From: Terriglobia bacterium
GTDB lineage: Bacteria; Acidobacteriota; Terriglobia; Bryobacterales; Bryobacteraceae
Length of the DNA: 64,000 nt
Reading direction: 5' to 3'
Assembly (NCBI GenBank): GCA_963761045.1
Contig: CAVXFR010000005.1
Span: forward strand, 23,359 to 87,358
In this document: piece by piece, positions 59,931 through 64,000 of the stretch
Numbering within the stretch: the stretch's first letter is position 1
How the letters are laid out: each line of letters starts with the position of its first letter
Notes under the pieces: generated by a model
Told to the model about the DNA's origin: nothing
The model's input: the letters and a program-made list of their open reading frames with translations, nothing else
The model's database searches: none
Translations under genes and position numbers: made by a program

Positions 59931-59937
59931 AACTTAG

Positions 59938-60237
59938 ATGGCGATACATCCAATCTATCGCGTTTGCTCGTTCGAGATCGTTTCTGCCTTCATGCTGCGC
60001 GTTCGCTTTGACGACGGCGTCGAGCAGACCATCGATTTCCGCCCCATCCTGGCGGGGAAGCTCTACGGCCCCCTCCGCGACCCGAAGGTATTCAACCAGG
60101 TTCGGATCGACCCAGAGGTTCAAACACTGGTGTGGCCCAACGGCGCAGACTTTGATCCCGCTACTTTGCACGACTGGCCGATGCATGAGCAGGCTTTTCG
60201 ACAGTTGGCTCAAGGTTGGGGGTCTGTAAAGGTCTGA
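59938..60237 (+). CDS. DUF2442 domain protein
   Basis: 99 aa. ...FMLRVRFDDGVEQTIDF..L.GKLYGPLRDPKVFNQVRIDPEVQTLVWPNGADFDPATL is the DUF2442 pattern. Located 8 nt after the DUF4160 gene. Confidence 0.8.
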   Translation: MAIHPIYRVCSFEIVSAFMLRVRFDDGVEQTIDFRPILAGKLYGPLRDPKVFNQVRIDPEVQTLVWPNGADFDPATLHDWPMHEQAFRQLAQGWGSVKV

Positions 60238-60453
60238 CGACGCGAATTGGACTATAGATCCTGGGAGCCGGTGAATTGGCTTCCAGCCTTTCATCTACAC
60301 CGCCGCGAGCGCGGCCGTCGGGGACGGCCCTGCGCCATGCTTTGAAGTTGGCCAACATCAAACTGGCGCGCCACAATTACGAGTCGGCGACAAACCAGCC
60401 ACGTGAAACGGGCCGGGATGGCCCTGGCGTCAACGTCATAAAATATCGGTGGA

Positions 60454-61203
60454 ATGAAAAGACACTCACACGGCCGCATCTCGACACTGTCTCCCGACGA
60501 AATCCGTCAACGAATAGCGGACTCAAATAGGCGCTCGGCTAGCGGTCGAGCAAGGTACGTATACGGAGAAGGATCGGCCATATCCTCGGACTACGAGTTG
60601 GTAGCGTGCGGATGCCGGGACGACTGCTGGTGCAAACGGCACGCGTGTGCTGGCCATTATCGACTTAAAGAGATCACGTTCCAATCGTTCCTCTCGACAT
60701 ATCTGAATCTCTGGATTCCCCCGAACTCACGTCAGTGCGTGACGCGGGCCGTGCTTGACGGCTTCTTGTTCAAAGGTCGGCAGAAAGGCGCTGTAGAGCC
60801 GCTGAGGAACCTTCGTGCCAACTGGCAATCCACTCTCGGCGAGGTGCGAAAATACGACGGGTGTGGCCTGTGTGACTTGGCCATTCCCTTGGTTGCGGCC
60901 CGTGTAACGAACCTCTATGAAGCAAAGATGTGGTCACAGCTTTTCTACGACTCCATCGTGCCGTTCGATACCAAGTCCAGAGCCGAAATGAAGAGGGCGG
61001 GCTATTCCAACCCGGCACAAGACTTCTTAACGATGAACAGAGAACTGTTCGCGGATCTCAGGGAACTCTCAGACACCAACGGTCTGGCGATCCCCGAACT
61101 AAGAAGGCTCGATGCACCCGGCGCGCTCAATCCACAATTACGGGAGCCGGCTGGCGGCCAGCCCCTTTCGCGCGTCGTAGACAAGATCTTCTATCGTCCC
61201 TGA
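60454..61203 (+). CDS. Orphan hypothetical protein (249 aa) with Cys/His cluster
   Basis: ORF in a low-GC stretch. Contains CGCRDDCWCKRHACAGH and DGCGLCD. No family recognised. Confidence 0.55.
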   Translation: MKRHSHGRISTLSPDEIRQRIADSNRRSASGRARYVYGEGSAISSDYELVACGCRDDCWCKRHACAGHYRLKEITFQSFLSTYLNLWIPPNSRQCVTRAVLDGFLFKGRQKGAVEPLRNLRANWQSTLGEVRKYDGCGLCDLAIPLVAARVTNLYEAKMWSQLFYDSIVPFDTKSRAEMKRAGYSNPAQDFLTMNRELFADLRELSDTNGLAIPELRRLDAPGALNPQLREPAGGQPLSRVVDKIFYRP

Positions 61204-61484
61204 CAGCGCTCAAATGAGCGAGAGATTTCGCGAACGAAGATGATCGTTGATGACTTGTCCGCATAACGCCCGTCTCGCCGTCTGACGCAACTCCGGGTCT
61301 GACTGGCCGGTCGAGATCAGCAACGGCGCCAAACCGTAGAGTGGATTCGCTGAAGCGGGAGAGTCTTGAGGGGGAAGCGAAAATGATGCCTGCGTTAGGA
61401 TAGAATTTCGGGACGACGCCGTCATCAATCCGTGCGCTGCGACGGGCCGCTATCTGGCCGCTTGCTAGCGAATAAACTCTTTTC

Positions 61485-62006
61485 CTAGCGTCCCACAGTG
61501 CCGGAACTCCGAATCGAGCCGGTGCTCGATTCCTCCCGGAAGATCTCCTTGTGCTTCTCCTGCAAGCTTTTCAGCATCTTCTCCCACATCCCCTGGAACT
61601 CCGCTAAGTAGGACTTGTCGTCGGCCCCTGTCGAATCCTTCTTGTTCGTGACCCGCCCACCGCCCACATGCAGCATGTGCGTGTTCATAAACTTCTGAAC
61701 GTCGGGCGTCCAATGGTGAAAGGTGAAGGTCACGCCAGGGTTGACGAACTGCTGCGCCCGCAAATAGTCCTTGGACTTCTGATGGTGAAAGAACTCGTAC
61801 ATCTTCCGGCAGTTCATGTAGAAGGCATGCCAGACGTGAGAATTGACCGGCGCAATCTTCAGCAACGCATCGTTTGATTTCCGGTCCGTGATAAGCAAGC
61901 CCGAAGAAACTAGATTTGCGTAGTCGTGGACAACGTGATGTTCCGGCCGCTTGCGGCGCTCCGCTAGTGTCATGGCAGGTCGTGCCGCTTTGTTATCCCG
62001 TAACAT
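61485..62006 (-). CDS. Orphan hypothetical protein (173 aa), His-rich
   Basis: ORF in a low-GC stretch. HHVVHDY, HVWHAFYMNCRKMYEFFHHQ, FTFHHWTPDV, NTHMLHVGGG. No family recognised. Alternative start at 61973. Confidence 0.5.
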   Translation of the reverse strand: MLRDNKAARPAMTLAERRKRPEHHVVHDYANLVSSGLLITDRKSNDALLKIAPVNSHVWHAFYMNCRKMYEFFHHQKSKDYLRAQQFVNPGVTFTFHHWTPDVQKFMNTHMLHVGGGRVTNKKDSTGADDKSYLAEFQGMWEKMLKSLQEKHKEIFREESSTGSIRSSGTVGR

Positions 62007-62130
62007 GCGCCGATTGTAACCCTCTTTGGCATGGTGGCTTCGACCACCTGGACGCGTAACGCCCTATTCATTGATCTGACCGCGACGCGGGCAGGAAAGC
62101 AGATCTGACCGCGAGGTGATCAGGAGGACT

Positions 62131-62146
62131 CCCGGTCATGACCGGG
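62131..62146 (-). terminator. Perfect 16-nt palindrome CCCGGTCATGACCGGG downstream of smc (terminator-like hairpin, no U-tract)
   Basis: Self-complementary 16-mer located 17 nt after the smc stop (62163). The absence of a T-run makes intrinsic-terminator function uncertain. Confidence 0.4.
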
Positions 62147-62162
62147 GGGGCTGAGATAGGTT

Positions 62163-64000
62163 CTAAACCGCCGCGAGTGCCGCCGTCGCTGACGGGGCGG
62201 TGCCCTGGACCGCCGGATCGAAGCGGACGCTCACCAGCGACGACAATCCCGGCTCCTGCATGGTGACCCCGTACAGCGCCTGCGCGGCCTCCATGCTGCG
62301 CTTGGCGTGGGTGATCACGATGAACTGCGTCTCCGCCGACATCTCCTTGAGCAGGCGCGTGAGGCGCTGGATGTTGGGCTCGTCCAGCGGCGCGTCGACC
62401 TCGTCCAGGATGCAGAACGGGCTGGGCGTGTAGCGGAAAATCGCCATCAGCAGGGCCATCGCGGTGAGCGATTTTTCGCCGCCCGAAAGCAGCGCGATGT
62501 TCTGCAATTTCTTGCCGGGAGGCGATGCCATGATGTCGATGCCGCTGTCGGCCAGATTGGTCTCGTCGGTCAGCCGCATTTCGCCCTGGCCCCCGCCGAA
62601 CAGCGTGCGGAACATCTGGCGGAAGTGATCGTTGACCGCGTCAAAGGCTTCCTTGAAGCGGCGGCGCGATTCCACGTCCAGCTCCTGGATCGCCTTTTCG
62701 GTGTCGCGAATCGAATCCAGCAGGTCCTGGCGCTGGGTGTTCAGGAAGTCGTAACGCTGCTGCGCTTCCTGGAATTCCTCGAGCGCCTGCGGATTCACCG
62801 GCCCCAGCGCCTCGATGCGCGCGCGAATTTCCTGGGAACGCTGCTCCGCTTCGGCCACGCCCGCTTCATCGAGCGCCGTCTCTTCGGTGGCGGCCAGCTC
62901 CGCGGCGGACAGGTTCAGATCCTTGCGGCTGGTCTCGTCGAGATAGCGCAGGTCGCCTTGCTTGCGGACCAGTTCCACCTCGATCGCCGCGCGGCGCTCC
63001 TGGGAGGCTTGTGCGTCCGCCCGCAAAACCTTGAGCGATTCGTCGAGCGCGGCCAGCGAAGCGCGCCCGGCTGTCTCCGCGGCCGCCAGGTTTTCGACCC
63101 ACGCCGCGGCCGAGGCGGTTTCGTTGGCCAATTCTCCGGCCCTCTGGTCCAGCTCGATGTTATCGGCCAGCAGCCGCGCGCGTTCCACGCCCATGCGTTC
63201 CAGTTCGCGCTCAAGCTCCTCACGCCGCGCCAGCATCTGCTGGAGGTGCGCTTCGATCCGTCCCGCGGCGGTCTTTTCCGCGCGCAGACGCTCGTCCAGC
63301 CCGGCCAGTTCCGCCCGCAGATGGGCGTGCTCCTCGCCGACCGAGTGGGCGCGCGATTGCAAACTCTCGTACTCGCCGCGCGCAACTTCCAGAGCTTTCT
63401 CCTGGTCGAAGCGCTCCTGCTCGCGCTGGGTCACGGCCGCCTGGCTCTGCTCGCGCTGCTGGCGCGAACGTTCGTCTTCCCTCGTGAGACGTTCAAGCTC
63501 CAGGCGAGCCACCGAAAGACGCTGGCCGGAACGCGCAGTTTCCTCGGCCAACTGGCGCTGCTCGTGATCGAGCGCGAGCGCGCCTTTCTCCTGTTCTTGC
63601 TGTTGCGCGCGCACGTGCTCCAGTTCTTCGGCCAGCCGGGCGGAATTCTTTTCGAGCTCCTCGAGCGTACCGGTCAGCGTATCGGCTTCCCGCTCGCGGG
63701 CTTCCACCTGGGAGCCGAGCTCGCGAAGCTCGCGCTTCAGCGCCAAGCGGACCGCCGCTCGATTTGCGGCCTCCGCTCACCGCGTGGCCGTGATAGCTGA
63801 CTCCGTCCGGAAGCAGGAAATAGTAGTCCGGATGTTCGGACGCCAAACGTTGGGCCGCGGCATGCTCCCGGACCAGGAAACATTTCCCCAGCCGCGGCAG
63901 ATAGTAGGCCTGGCTGAGGCGGAGCGCATCGCCCAGGCGCCCGGCGATTTCTGAACTGATCAAAGTTACAGGCGCCTGTGGCGCCGTGGCGCCGTCGTTG
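62163..64000 (-). pseudogene. smc: Chromosome segregation protein SMC, C-terminal half (gene continues right of the window), apparent +1 frameshift near 63742-63750
   Basis: ORF 62163-63746 gives the coiled coil plus C-terminal head (LSGGEKSLTAMALLMAIF, ILDEVDAPLDE, FIVITHAKRSME). The hinge region (ISSEIAGRLGDAL...YYFLLPDGVSYHGHAVSGGRKSSGGPL) is in the ORF 63493-63963 frame, which stays open to the window edge. Confidence 0.85.

Overview
High-GC (about 62-64% by eye) bacterial chromosomal segment. The gene content looks acidobacterial (inference): tandem ADOP-type MacB-like orphan permeases, a CarboxypepD_reg-type TonB-dependent receptor, a DUF1592/DUF1552 pair, a PEP-CTERM protein and cytochrome c-fused PQQ beta-propellers. 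I can support about 55 protein-coding genes. I saw no rRNA, tRNA, CRISPR array, transposase, integrase or phage gene. Recognisable housekeeping genes are gatC-gatA, Mn-type sodA, feoAB, cca, zwf, ppk2, rpmF-plsX-(dsbD) and smc (partial). Every gene from about 13.1 to 31.7 kb is on the minus strand. The most striking sequence-level result is that at least 16-17 conserved genes continue in a different reading frame. Nearly all of these are +1 shifts, as if one extra base were present. Affected genes include gatA, smc, a TonB-dependent receptor, exbD, one PQQ paralog, a dsbD-like gene (3 shifts) and an ankyrin-repeat gene (4 shifts). This is either indel error in the assembly or real pseudogenisation, and the sequence alone cannot decide. 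Candidates for poorly described biology: (i) a MoxR/CbbQ-type AAA+ ATPase translationally overlapped with a 612-aa protein that lacks the usual VWA partner features; (ii) next to it, a low-GC islet of about 2.5 kb with a DUF4160/DUF2442 pair and two Cys/His-rich orphan genes; (iii) a degenerate ABC-ATPase-like protein fused to a Wzt_C-type domain with no permease nearby; (iv) a DUF1592 / beta-barrel / DUF1552 / ankyrin cluster; (v) two cytochrome c-PQQ propeller paralogs flanking a small secreted protein. All product calls come from reading the translations and recalling motifs. No database search was run. Start codons and frameshift coordinates are approximate.
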